Source of the DNA: an uncultured Nitrospina sp.
Lineage (GTDB): Bacteria; Nitrospinota; Nitrospinia; Nitrospinales; VA-1
Assembly: GCA_913045445.1 (NCBI GenBank)
Contig: CAJWQP010000002.1
Span: 5,184-69,183 of the forward strand
DNA length: 64,000 nucleotides
Direction of reading: 5' to 3'
Every line of letters begins with the position of its first letter. Position 1 is the first letter of the stretch. Positions 27,432 to 36,517 of this stretch are shown here, piece by piece. The notes under the pieces are model-generated. The model saw nothing but the letters and a program-made list of their open reading frames with translations. It was not told the DNA's origin and did not search any database. A program made the position numbers and the translations under genes.

Positions 27432-28802
27432 ATGATTGATAAAAACCTGCAAAGCCTCATGCAATTAAGTAAAGCATGTGGCTCGGACATTTACGTTGTA
27501 GGCGGCACCCTGCGTGATCGACTATTGAAAAAAAAATGCTCCGACTTCGACTTTGCTGTCAGCGGCGCTTCTACACTTGCTCGAAAATACTCACGAGACA
27601 CCAGTTCTCCGATAGTTCCCCTGGACACAACACCGGGAAGGGAAACTTTCCGCGTAGTCATCCGAAACAATTTGTATTTTGATTTTTCCGAATTGCAGGG
27701 AGGCTCCATTGAAACAGATTTAAGCCTACGCGATTTCACATTTAACGCCATGGCAGTTCCATTACATGCCTTTATTAATGGAACGGAAAGGTTCATTGAT
27801 CCTCACAATGGCAAAGCGGACATCAAAAATAAAACCATCCGCATGCTTCAAGGCCCTGTTTTTTCGAATGACCCCTTACGCATGCTTCGGGCCTTTCGTT
27901 TCATGAGTACCATCAAATTTCAGATTGAAGAACATACCTATAAACAAATAAGCGCCCTGAAAGAAAAAATAAACGAAGTTGCCCCGGAAAGGATATACAG
28001 CGAACTGAATTATTTGCTGAACTCTAAAAAGGCCAGCCCATCAATCAGCGCAATGCATGATAGCGGTTTACTGAAATGCCTGTTCCCTGCCCTTTACAAA
28101 AATACTAATACGCCACCATCCATAAGAGTAGTTGCCTTCATGGAAACTTTGCTTTCAAATCCAAAAACGACAGGAGCAAAACCTCTTGCTGATATCAAGA
28201 AACTATTTCAGAGAAAACGTGGCCTGATAAAACTTGGGGCCATTCTTTACCCTCTAAAAAAAACCATCCCCGATATCGCAACCGGACGGCAAAGAAAATG
28301 GAGCCGAAATTCAAAACTTGGTATTGTGCTTACAGACCTTAGGGCTTCAAATGCAGATATTGACTTTATTATCGCTATGGTTTCATGCTGGCGATCAGCA
28401 TCTGTAAGCAAATTGGACTTTGCGGGTTGCATGCCAAATATGCATCTCCTCTATCAATTCATTCACCATAATGAGAAAGGGTTGATTCCTGGATTATTCT
28501 TACATCTGGCCAATCGCCCTAAACTCCCTAAAGGGGAAAAATGGAAAACTGATGCGACATCAATAGCCGTACGAAACAGTTTAGACTTTTACTTTCATGT
28601 CTACCTTCCAGCCAAATCAAACAAACCTTTACTAGATGGAAACGACATCAAACAGCAGTTTAATATTATTCCTGATTCCCTCTTTAAAATCATATTAGAT
28701 AAAGTTGAGGAGGCCCAGATTTTGAGAATTATCAGTACTCGCGCAGAGGCTATTCATTTTGCAAAAGGAATACTTGATAGCCACAGAAAGGAAAGCAATT
28801 AA
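27432..28802 (+). CDS. cca: CCA-adding enzyme / poly(A) polymerase family tRNA nucleotidyltransferase
   Basis: VVGGTLRDRLLKKKCSDFDFAV head domain motif, and DPLRMLRAFRF. Confidence 0.75.
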   Translation: MIDKNLQSLMQLSKACGSDIYVVGGTLRDRLLKKKCSDFDFAVSGASTLARKYSRDTSSPIVPLDTTPGRETFRVVIRNNLYFDFSELQGGSIETDLSLRDFTFNAMAVPLHAFINGTERFIDPHNGKADIKNKTIRMLQGPVFSNDPLRMLRAFRFMSTIKFQIEEHTYKQISALKEKINEVAPERIYSELNYLLNSKKASPSISAMHDSGLLKCLFPALYKNTNTPPSIRVVAFMETLLSNPKTTGAKPLADIKKLFQRKRGLIKLGAILYPLKKTIPDIATGRQRKWSRNSKLGIVLTDLRASNADIDFIIAMVSCWRSASVSKLDFAGCMPNMHLLYQFIHHNEKGLIPGLFLHLANRPKLPKGEKWKTDATSIAVRNSLDFYFHVYLPAKSNKPLLDGNDIKQQFNIIPDSLFKIILDKVEEAQILRIISTRAEAIHFAKGILDSHRKESN

Positions 28803-29458
28803 TGTCGCTGAGTTATAAAACTACAGAGTGGAACAGTAAAAAGGTTATTCTTGGAGAGGGAGAGTTTAACCTTGAATCTCCGGTGAATATTCTCATTGGA
28901 TTTCATGGCGCTGAATCCACACCGGAAAATATGCTTGTTCATGGCAACCGCCTGCAACTGAATAACACCTTGATGCTGTTTCCCGAAGGTCCAGTAGATG
29001 CGGGAGAGAGCCGGTGGAGTTGGTGGAACGATGGCCCACGACAAAAAGAGTCTGTGGGCGATTTTTTAAATTTCTCTTCCAACGTCATGGACATGGCTCA
29101 AGACTATTTAAACACACGGTTTAAAAACATCGAAACTCGATTCTGTCTCTGGGGATTTTCACAAGGTGGAGCGGCATCACTGGTATACACTCTGCTGGGA
29201 ACGCACCCATTACATAAGGTGGCATCGGTTTGTGGCTTTCTCCCGGAAATACCCGACCAGGAAATAGCTGTGAGTTCACCTGCCCCTATTCTTGGGATTT
29301 TTGGAACCAATGACGATGTTGTTCCTTCTTTTCTAGCAGAACACGCTTTGGAGGAAATGAAAACTAAAGGACATAACCCAATGCTTAAGGAAACAAATCA
29401 GGGTCACGAACTCAACCAGGAAAACCTGATGGAGTTGCGTCATTTCTTCGAATCCTGA
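28802..29458 (+). CDS. alpha/beta hydrolase (phospholipase/carboxylesterase family)
   Basis: GFSQGG nucleophile elbow, with later GTNDDVV and QGHEL consistent with a Ser-Asp-His triad. Confidence 0.65.
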   Translation: MSLSYKTTEWNSKKVILGEGEFNLESPVNILIGFHGAESTPENMLVHGNRLQLNNTLMLFPEGPVDAGESRWSWWNDGPRQKESVGDFLNFSSNVMDMAQDYLNTRFKNIETRFCLWGFSQGGAASLVYTLLGTHPLHKVASVCGFLPEIPDQEIAVSSPAPILGIFGTNDDVVPSFLAEHALEEMKTKGHNPMLKETNQGHELNQENLMELRHFFES

Positions 29459-29564
29459 GTCCACAAAAAGCATATAAACCTTTATAAAAAAAGGAGTATT
29501 TTTGCACTCCTTAGCACCACAAATGAGAGGTCTCCTGATCAACCTTGCAGAGCAAGACTTCTCA

Positions 29565-29592
29565 TTGACATGATTTAAACTTTTGGTATGCT
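29565..29592 (+). promoter_or_regulatory. sigma70-type promoter of riboswitch 1 / btuFDC
   Basis: TTGACA (29565-29570), a 16-nt spacer ending in TGg (extended -10), then TATGCT (29587-29592). Confidence 0.45.
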
Positions 29593-29599
29593 TGCACCG

Positions 29600-29840
29600 A
29601 CATTCAGATGACCTTGCTCAGTATATGGGAAGACGGTGCAAGACCGTCGTGGACCCGCCGCTGTAACCGGGAACAAAACTCGCACTAGCCACTGCACGAT
29701 TATCTCGTGGGAAGGCGCGGGGATTAGGATGATCCGGAAGCCAGAAAACCTGACTGAGTAAACTTCATAATCTCTTCGGGACTTGAGAGGTGAAGGGTAA
29801 TGTATCTTCCCCCTTCCTCGTATGGTTGGGTTTTTTTTAC
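29600..29840 (+). promoter_or_regulatory. cobalamin (B12) riboswitch 1 with expression platform
   Basis: Core elements are gggaagacggtgc, ggacccgccgctgtaacc, a GCCACTG B12 box (29688-29694), gggaaggc and ccggaagccag. P1 is ctcagt / actgag. The element ends in a T8 tract (29831-29838). Confidence 0.85.
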
Positions 29841-29861
29841 CCTCCTTCTCACTGGACCAAA

Positions 29862-30776
29862 ATGACTCCGGTGATAGAAATTTTCAGGCAATATTATTCA
29901 ACACGTAAGGTTTTCGAACTTTTTCTGGTCGCGCTTTGCCTTTGGGCGTCTGCGATTTCATATGCCTACGCGAACCCGCAACGAATCATTTCAACATCAC
30001 CCTCAATCACCGAAATTCTGTTTGCAATTGGAGTTGGTAACCGTGTAGTGGCAGTGACCGATTATTGTAAGTTCCCGCCAAAGGCCTGTCGTTTGCCTAA
30101 CACCGGAGGGTTATTAAATCCCAGTGTAGAAAAATGGCTATCCCTGAAACCCGATCTGATAATCCACCAGAGGGCAAGTGAAACGATTCGCCAAAATGCG
30201 AAAAATTTAGGAATCCCTACTTTAAGGACTGACCTCAACAGTCTGGAAGATATTTTTGAAGCGATCCAATTGATTGCCGACACCCTCAAGACTTCTGACA
30301 GCGGAAAAAAACTGGTGGAAAAATTAAAAAATAAAATTAATGATACCCGTTCCCGCTTGAAAGGCCTAAAACCCAGGCGGGTGCTAATACTCTTAAGCGA
30401 CACCAATGATCCTGGTCGAGACCTGTATGCGGTCGGGAGAGGGACCTTTCTGGATGAACTCCTGACTATCGCAGGAGGCGACAATGTCCTTCCTGACACG
30501 ATGGCGAGGTACCCAAAAATTTCCAAAGAATATATCATTAGAGAATCTCCTGAAGTCATTATGGAAGTTGGTCCAAAATCCAATCTATCTGAAAAGGAAA
30601 CCACCAAAAGGAAAGAGTCGTGGGCAAAATTTTCAACTCTGCGCGCTGTTAAGGATAATAAAATCTATTTCATTGGGGCGGATTACATCATAATCCCAGG
30701 ACCACGCTTGATAAACATACTTGACGATTTTTCACGAACCATTCATCCGGACCTGTTCGTTGAGGAATCACATTAG
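29862..30776 (+). CDS. btuF: cobalamin/siderophore-type periplasmic binding protein (BtuF-like)
   Basis: The start is reset to the ATG at 29862, downstream of the riboswitch. It has a signal-like N-terminus, and RIISTSPSITEILFAIGVGNRVVAVTDYC is typical of Peripla_BP_2. Confidence 0.8.
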   Translation: MTPVIEIFRQYYSTRKVFELFLVALCLWASAISYAYANPQRIISTSPSITEILFAIGVGNRVVAVTDYCKFPPKACRLPNTGGLLNPSVEKWLSLKPDLIIHQRASETIRQNAKNLGIPTLRTDLNSLEDIFEAIQLIADTLKTSDSGKKLVEKLKNKINDTRSRLKGLKPRRVLILLSDTNDPGRDLYAVGRGTFLDELLTIAGGDNVLPDTMARYPKISKEYIIRESPEVIMEVGPKSNLSEKETTKRKESWAKFSTLRAVKDNKIYFIGADYIIIPGPRLINILDDFSRTIHPDLFVEESH

Positions 30777-30796
30777 CAATAATCCAAAGATATTAA

Positions 30797-31588
30797 ATGA
30801 AATCACCCATTCTTCAAATTCGCGACACAAGTTTTTCTTATGACCGGGAAACCGTTCTGCATTCTGTTTCCATGGATATTCAACCGGGAGAATTTGTTGG
30901 CGTCATCGGGCCTAACGGCTCGGGGAAATCTACCCTTTTAAAACTTCTCGGCGGTGTACTCACCACCGACCCGGGCAAATTATTTTTCCGGGAGAAGGAC
31001 TATAAGGATTACCACCGCAAACAAATGGCCCGATCTATCACCTGGATTCCGCAAGATCATTCAATGGCCTTTCCGTTCAAGGTTTCAGAAATTGTGCTTA
31101 TGGGAAGGCACCCTTACTTATCCGCTTTTACGTTTGAAGGGGACGAGGATATAGAAATTGCCCGGAATGCTATGGAGAGGACTCAAGTTTTGCAGTTTGC
31201 TCAACGCGGATTCAATGAAATAAGCGGCGGCGAAAAACAAAGGGTAGTGATCGCCGGAGCAATCACACAAGAACCGGAGGTAATGATTCTTGACGAACCC
31301 ACCTCAGCACTTGACATTAAATACCAGATTCAAATCCTGAACATCCTCCAACAACTGAATAAAGACGAACAAGTGACGGTTGTTCTTGCCATGCATGATC
31401 TTCATCTGGCCTCAAAATTCTGTGATCGACTCGTCCTCCTCGATCAAGGAAAGATATTTCAAGATGGCAGACCGGAAGACGTTTTGAAAAAAGAAAATAT
31501 TGAAGAGGTTTATGGAGTTAAGGTTCACCTCATCAAAGATCACGATGGCGATATTATGATTTCACCGGATACGATATGCACTCCATGA
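30797..31588 (+). CDS. btuD: ABC transporter ATP-binding protein (BtuD/FepC type)
   Basis: Walker A GPNGSGKST, signature ISGGEKQR, Walker B MILDEPTSALD. Confidence 0.85.
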   Translation: MKSPILQIRDTSFSYDRETVLHSVSMDIQPGEFVGVIGPNGSGKSTLLKLLGGVLTTDPGKLFFREKDYKDYHRKQMARSITWIPQDHSMAFPFKVSEIVLMGRHPYLSAFTFEGDEDIEIARNAMERTQVLQFAQRGFNEISGGEKQRVVIAGAITQEPEVMILDEPTSALDIKYQIQILNILQQLNKDEQVTVVLAMHDLHLASKFCDRLVLLDQGKIFQDGRPEDVLKKENIEEVYGVKVHLIKDHDGDIMISPDTICTP

Positions 31589-32601
31589 GTATCATTTTAA
31601 TGGATCGAAAACGCTACGCAGGAACCCTGGGGTTATTCTTTTTATTTTTCCTAGCAACGCTGGCAATAACACCATTAATCGGTTTAACACATATTGACCT
31701 GGGAAAAGCGCTTTCATCCGACATTGCGTTCAGCGACAATGTCGATGCCAATATACTGTTTCTGGTTCGTGTTCCAAGAATTTTCCTGGCGGCACTCACC
31801 GGAGGAGCACTTTCAGTCGCGGGAGCGGTGTTTCAATGTCTCTTGCGAAATGATCTTGCAGCACCGTTCACGCTGGGTGTATCCAGCGGTGCCGCACTGG
31901 GTGCGGTGATTGCTATAAGTCTTGGATTGTCCTACACGGTCATGGGAATCCCAACAGTTCCGATAGCCGCTTTCCTCGGTGCATTGGGTGCCATTACCCT
32001 CGTATTTTCGTTGTCTCGCACGCGAACCGGCGAATTTCCGACGACTGTTCTATTGCTAGCGGGGGTAACGGCGAATTTCTTTTTCGCCGCGATGGTCATG
32101 TTCATTCATTATTTGTCAGATTTTACGCAATCATTTCGCATCGTACGCTGGCTAATGGGAGGACTGGATATCACCGACTATAAAACCCTCTTGTCCATTT
32201 GCCCTATGATCTTTATTGGATTTTCCATACTCATGCTTATTGGCCGTGACCTCAATCTTATAAGTACTGGAGTTCAATCAGCCATGAGCCGGGGTGTAGA
32301 TGTTATTAAGGTTCAAAAAATAGGATTTGTGATGGCTTCCCTTCTCACTGGAACTGTGGTTGCTGTGAGTGGACCCATCGGTTTTGTCGGGTTGATAGTA
32401 CCGCATATCGTGCGCCTGTTAGTTGGGCCTGATTTGCGATTACTACTTCCAGCCTCAATGTTTTTCGGTGCCAGCTTTCTTATCCTGTGCGATACAGTTG
32501 CCCGAACAATCATCGCACCAACTGAAATTCCCGTCGGCATTATCACGGCTATGCTTGGCGGACCTTTTTTCGTATGGCTGTTAAAACGGCCAAAACAATA
32601 A
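31576..32601 (+). CDS. btuC: FecCD-family ABC permease (BtuC type)
   Basis: About 10 hydrophobic segments. Has [23 protein letters not shown] and the [15 protein letters not shown]-terminus. It overlaps btuD by 13 nt. Confidence 0.85.
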   Translation: MHSMSIILMDRKRYAGTLGLFFLFFLATLAITPLIGLTHIDLGKALSSDIAFSDNVDANILFLVRVPRIFLAALTGGALSVAGAVFQCLLRNDLAAPFTLGVSSGAALGAVIAISLGLSYTVMGIPTVPIAAFLGALGAITLVFSLSRTRTGEFPTTVLLLAGVTANFFFAAMVMFIHYLSDFTQSFRIVRWLMGGLDITDYKTLLSICPMIFIGFSILMLIGRDLNLISTGVQSAMSRGVDVIKVQKIGFVMASLLTGTVVAVSGPIGFVGLIVPHIVRLLVGPDLRLLLPASMFFGASFLILCDTVARTIIAPTEIPVGIITAMLGGPFFVWLLKRPKQ

Positions 32602-32878
32602 ATCATGAACCTAAATCATTAATGGTTCTTGGTACGGGTTCTGGTGTTGGTAAGAGCATAATCACCGCGGCTTTGTGCAGATATTTTTATCGCAAAGGCC
32701 GCAAGGTGGCTCCTTTAAAGCCCAGAATATGGCTAATAATTCATTTGTCACCAGGGATGAGGGTGAAATAGGACGAGCACAGGCTTTTCAAGCCGAAGCC
32801 TACGGAATAGACCCTGATGTGACGATGAATCACCCCCCCCTGGTATATTCTCCCAGCTTTTTTCTTGTATTTCCTTGA
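32574..32878 (+). pseudogene. cobQ: cobyric acid synthase 5' stub (first ~75 codons), frameshifted
   Basis: [34 protein letters not shown] in one frame continues as (F)[38 protein letters not shown] in another. A T is missing near 32714-32716. Homology ends near the C8 tract at 32833-32840. Confidence 0.7.
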
Positions 32879-32902
32879 CAAGCGAGGGAGGTTTGATAGG
32901 CT
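32875..32902 (+). promoter_or_regulatory. sigma70-type promoter of riboswitch 2 / btuB
   Basis: TTGACA (32875-32880), a 16-nt spacer ending in TGa, then TAGGCT (32897-32902). This is the same architecture as the promoter at 29565. Confidence 0.45.
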
Positions 32903-32911
32903 CGGGCACGA

Positions 32912-33150
32912 ATATTTAGACGATTTTTGTTCAGTATAAGGGAAGACGGTGCGAATCCGTCGCGGACCCGCCGCTGTAACCGGGGACGAAACCTGCTCTA
33001 GCCACTGCACGGTAACTCGTGGGAAGGCGCAGGGATTAGGTCGATCCGGAAGCCAGAAGACCTTGCTGAATGATTTTCATAATCTCTTCGGGACATGAGA
33101 GGTGATGGATGATTTGGCATCCCCCACTCCCCAGGAGTGGGTTTTTTTTG
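32912..33150 (+). promoter_or_regulatory. cobalamin (B12) riboswitch 2 with intrinsic terminator
   Basis: The core is the same as riboswitch 1, with the GCCACTG box at 33001-33007. The terminator is cccactcc-cca-ggagtggg followed by T8 (33123-33149). Confidence 0.85.
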
Positions 33151-33261
33151 CCCTTCTCCTTACGGGAACAGTTCTGTTCCAGAGACTTTCCGAAGACATC
33201 CAAAAAAATATAGCAATACGCGATAGTCAAGTTTCTATCGCAGGCTTAAAAAGGAGAATAC

Positions 33262-35211
33262 GTGCACTTTTATTATTTTATTTTGGCAACAATGGTCGCA
33301 GTAATTTCTATCCCAACCGCAGAGGCAAAGGATCTCCTGGATCCGATCATTGTGACTGCAACCAAGATAAAAACCAAAGATACGAAAGCAACCTATGCAT
33401 CTGAGGTTTATAGCCGTGAAGAAATTGAGCGGTCTGGCACAAAGTCGCTTTATGACTTTCTGAATCAGAATACATCAATGGCCATCATGCCATCCGCCGG
33501 GAATTCTTTTAGCCAGAAGATTGACATACGCGGTTACGGGCTGACTGATGGCTACAAAAATATTGTGATTTCTGTCAATGGCCGTCGGCTGAACAATATT
33601 GACTCAGTGCCCCAGCAATTAAGCACCATCCCGTTTGACAGCATTGATCGTATTGAAATCACGAAAGGGAGCGGGTCCGTGGTTTATGGAGATGGTGCAA
33701 CCGCCGGGTCGATTCAGATCTACACCCGCGACACAACAGAAACCAGCATCAAAGGTTCAATGGGTAATTATGGGATATCAATAGGCTCGTTCACAACCGG
33801 CCTTTCAAAGGGGAAATTCATGCTCTCCGCCTCAGGTGACCGATATCATCAGGATGGATTCCGTGACAAGGACCCCAATGGCCATAGAGATAGTGGAAGC
33901 GTTAGAAATTATTCGGCCAAACTACGGTATTTCCCCACCGAATCCAGCGAAGTGTTTGTTGAGAAAGACCATTCAAACATTAACACAAGATACCCAAATG
34001 CTCTGACTAAAGAAACGTTCGAGCAAAATCCGGGATCGAGCTTCAAGACCGCCGTAGGCCCAACAAGGTATTCATTTGAAACTTCCAACACAAACAACCT
34101 AACTCTTGGTGGCACACTAGAACTAACAAGCAACCTCGAAGTCAACTTAGTTTATACCCATCAAGACAAGGTCGTAGTCAATGACACAGAAAAGAAATAC
34201 CACAACAATGCCGTTGACAGCAGTGTCAAGTATCAAAATGGGCCGTTAAAAGTTATTACCGGCATCCAAACATGGGATGGAATACGCAATGCTGACACTT
34301 GGGACAAAGGCAGCACCGATACAGCCAAAAAATCCAATATGGGGTTCTTTGTTCAAAGTTCTTACGATACTGGTAGCACAGTTTTTTCACTCGGCGCGAG
34401 AGGCGAGTGGGTTGACTACACGTGGCAAACGGATGATTCGAAGCATGACTTTTTAGCTTATGATCTTGGTATCAACAAGTCTTTCAATGATCACCTCAGC
34501 ATGTTTTCCAACTTAAACTATGCGTTTCTAGCACCGGATGTTGACCGTCTCTTCGATTCGGCCGGGACGTTCAATGGTTTTATAGATCCTGCCATGTCAA
34601 CCACTCTTAATATCGGTGCTAATCATGTAACTTCAAAAAACAGAGCAAAGCTTACGTTGTATGGAATTAAGTTAAAACATGAACTGTTTTACAATTCCGT
34701 AACATGGAAGAACACCAATATTGACAGGTCCTATAAGTATGGCCTTGAACTGCAGGACAAGTACTTCTTAAGCAACAACCTGTCTGCTTCGATCAACTAC
34801 GCATATACTCAGGCAATCATTGACTTTGAACCAACAACTGGAGACGAACTGCCCCAGGTATCAAAACATAACGTGACATTTGGGCTAGACTACGCCCCAA
34901 CATCAAAGTCCAGGGTTGTTCTGGGACATGCGTACCGTAGCGAAATGCTCTCTGAAGAGGACTTCGGCAACAATAAAAGTCAGAAAAACAAGGCATATAA
35001 TTCAACAAATCTTTCTTACACTTACACTCACAAAGTCGATGCCGGGAAGGGGTTATGGGGCTGGCGGGCTGGTGGCCCCCGCCAAGTCGATTTTTCTATA
35101 AAAGTTGAAAACCTCTTTGAACAATCCAATGGATCTTGGCTGAGAGATGATGTCATCTACCCAAATCAATTCACCCGAAATTGGAGTCTTGGAGCTGAAT
35201 TCAAGTTCTAA
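33262..35211 (+). CDS. btuB: TonB-dependent outer-membrane receptor (BtuB-like)
   Basis: GTG start with an aaggag SD. It has a signal peptide, a TonB box (DPIIVTATK), a plug motif (IEITKGSGSVVYG) and a C-terminal ...LGAEFKF. Confidence 0.8.
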   Translation: MHFYYFILATMVAVISIPTAEAKDLLDPIIVTATKIKTKDTKATYASEVYSREEIERSGTKSLYDFLNQNTSMAIMPSAGNSFSQKIDIRGYGLTDGYKNIVISVNGRRLNNIDSVPQQLSTIPFDSIDRIEITKGSGSVVYGDGATAGSIQIYTRDTTETSIKGSMGNYGISIGSFTTGLSKGKFMLSASGDRYHQDGFRDKDPNGHRDSGSVRNYSAKLRYFPTESSEVFVEKDHSNINTRYPNALTKETFEQNPGSSFKTAVGPTRYSFETSNTNNLTLGGTLELTSNLEVNLVYTHQDKVVVNDTEKKYHNNAVDSSVKYQNGPLKVITGIQTWDGIRNADTWDKGSTDTAKKSNMGFFVQSSYDTGSTVFSLGARGEWVDYTWQTDDSKHDFLAYDLGINKSFNDHLSMFSNLNYAFLAPDVDRLFDSAGTFNGFIDPAMSTTLNIGANHVTSKNRAKLTLYGIKLKHELFYNSVTWKNTNIDRSYKYGLELQDKYFLSNNLSASINYAYTQAIIDFEPTTGDELPQVSKHNVTFGLDYAPTSKSRVVLGHAYRSEMLSEEDFGNNKSQKNKAYNSTNLSYTYTHKVDAGKGLWGWRAGGPRQVDFSIKVENLFEQSNGSWLRDDVIYPNQFTRNWSLGAEFKF

Positions 35212-35242
35212 CTTATGGTCGAGGAATCGGTGAACGGTATCC

Positions 35243-35671
35243 GTGAGTAACCTGGAAAGTATTTTAACCACAACCCAGATTATTGCTGATTCACTACATA
35301 CTCCAAAAGCGGGGCAGCAACTGGTTCAACAGCTAAAGACAGGAATTGATCATTACCAGAGTCGGCTGGACTCGCAGACACCAAAGCAAGTGCTGCTGCT
35401 ACTCGGTGACAGCAACGATCCGGCACGCGATCTGTATGCCGTAGGAAAAGGAACCTTTCTGGATGAACTGTTGACCGTTGCCGGTGGAGAAAATGTTCTC
35501 TCTAGCAACATGGCAAAGTATCCAAAAATATCCAAGGAATTTATCATCAGCAAATCACCGGAAATCATCATAGAAGTGGGCCCCATGTCGGGCAGGGTAT
35601 ATTTCCGTTGGATACAGATTCTAACCTTGGCTAAAATACAACTTAAATCAATGCAAACAAAAGGAAGCTAA
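35243..35671 (+). pseudogene. btuF: internal fragment of a second BtuF-like binding protein
   Basis: Aligns by eye to roughly the middle third of the 29862 gene product (LLLLGDSNDPARDLYAVGKGTFLDELLTVAGGENVL..AKYPKISKEFII.KSPEIIIEVGP). A stop lies at 35231-35233 just upstream. There is no signal peptide, no N-terminal lobe and no C-terminal part. Confidence 0.7.
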
Positions 35672-35678
35672 TAAAGTC

Positions 35679-36233
35679 ATGCGAAAACCATCTGGTGCAG
35701 ACCCTAGAAAACGTAAAGGACTGATTATAGTTAATACCGGTGAAGGAAAAGGGAAATCAACCGCCGCATTCGGAATGGCCATTAGAGCTGCAGGCAACAA
35801 AATGCATGTTTTCATACTGCAATTTATGAAAGGCGTTTGGAAGTCAGGTGAACGAAAGTCATTCGAGCAGCTCGCCCCCTACATAGAATATGATGCCCAG
35901 GGCGATGGATTCACATGGGACACTAACAATCCGGAACAGGATCAAAAAACTGCGCGCAAAGCATTCGATATTGTCAAAGAGAAGATGCTGAGCGGAAAAT
36001 ACCAAATGATCATATTGGATGAAATCAATTATGTACTGGAATACGATTTTTTTCCATTAGATGAATTTCTTGAAGCATTACGCAACAAACCCGAAAATAT
36101 TCATGTCGTCTGCTCTGGAAGAAACGCTCCCGAACCGTTGATAGAACTAGCGGATTTGGTGACTGAAATGCGTTGCATCAAGCATCCATACAAAGAGCAA
36201 AGTATTCCAGCACAAAAGGGAATAGAATTCTAA
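35679..36233 (+). CDS. cobO: cob(I)yrinic acid a,c-diamide / cob(I)alamin adenosyltransferase
   Basis: KGLIIVNTGEGKGKSTAAFGMAIRAAGNKMHVFILQFMKG...ILDEINY is typical of CobO/BtuR. Confidence 0.85.
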   Translation: MRKPSGADPRKRKGLIIVNTGEGKGKSTAAFGMAIRAAGNKMHVFILQFMKGVWKSGERKSFEQLAPYIEYDAQGDGFTWDTNNPEQDQKTARKAFDIVKEKMLSGKYQMIILDEINYVLEYDFFPLDEFLEALRNKPENIHVVCSGRNAPEPLIELADLVTEMRCIKHPYKEQSIPAQKGIEF

Positions 36234-36286
36234 ATGAACTCGATTTCTAGAGGAGAAAAATTTCACAGGCAAAATATTACCCCAGG

Positions 36287-36517
36287 TTGGCACGCAGACG
36301 TGGCATTGAAGGAATACCCACCGTTTCTTTTACCTTAGGGTACGAAGGAGAGCTGGCAAAATTGATCCTGGCAAAATCATCAGGCCATGAAATTTTGAAT
36401 GACGCGGCATTGGAAGCGATTCGCAATGGAGCTCCCTATCCCTATATTCCTGAACCTTTCAGTGAGAAATCCATTACCTTTAAACTCCCAATTTCATATA
36501 TACTGAGTGGGCCATGA
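36287..36517 (+). CDS. tonB: TonB C-terminal-domain-only ORF (possible remnant)
   Basis: (KYYPRL)ARRRGIEGIPTVSFTLGYEGELAKLILAKSSGHEILNDAALEAIRNGAPYPYIP matches TonB_C. The frame is closed by a TAG at about 36256, so there is no TM anchor and no Pro-rich region. The stop overlaps the next start (ATGA). Confidence 0.5.
   Translation: MARRRGIEGIPTVSFTLGYEGELAKLILAKSSGHEILNDAALEAIRNGAPYPYIPEPFSEKSITFKLPISYILSGP

Noticed and set aside
29491-29512. Hairpin aaggagt-atttttgc-actcctt after the esterase gene, as its terminator
   Set aside because: The U-tract is on the wrong side: A7 precedes the stem on the plus strand and nothing T-rich follows. It would act as an intrinsic terminator only for minus-strand transcription, and no minus-strand gene lies upstream. 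It is left as an unexplained hairpin.
29790-29861. N-terminal 24 codons of the track ORF 29790-30776 (GTG start, MKGNVSSPFLVWLGFFYPPSHWTK)
   Set aside because: This stretch lies inside the riboswitch expression platform and its T8 tract. The ATG at 29862 gives a normal signal-peptide-bearing BtuF.
32700-32730. Programmed ribosomal frameshift in cobQ, and likewise at the A7 run of the GIY-YIG-like gene near 39236
   Set aside because: cobQ is also truncated after about 75 codons, so the shift cannot rescue a functional protein. No downstream stimulatory structure was seen at either site. Decay or sequencing error is more parsimonious.
33102-33404. 100-aa plus-strand ORF across riboswitch 2 and the btuB start
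   Set aside because: It overlaps the riboswitch terminator and is out of frame with the well-supported btuB (SD plus GTG at 33262). It has no coding-like features.
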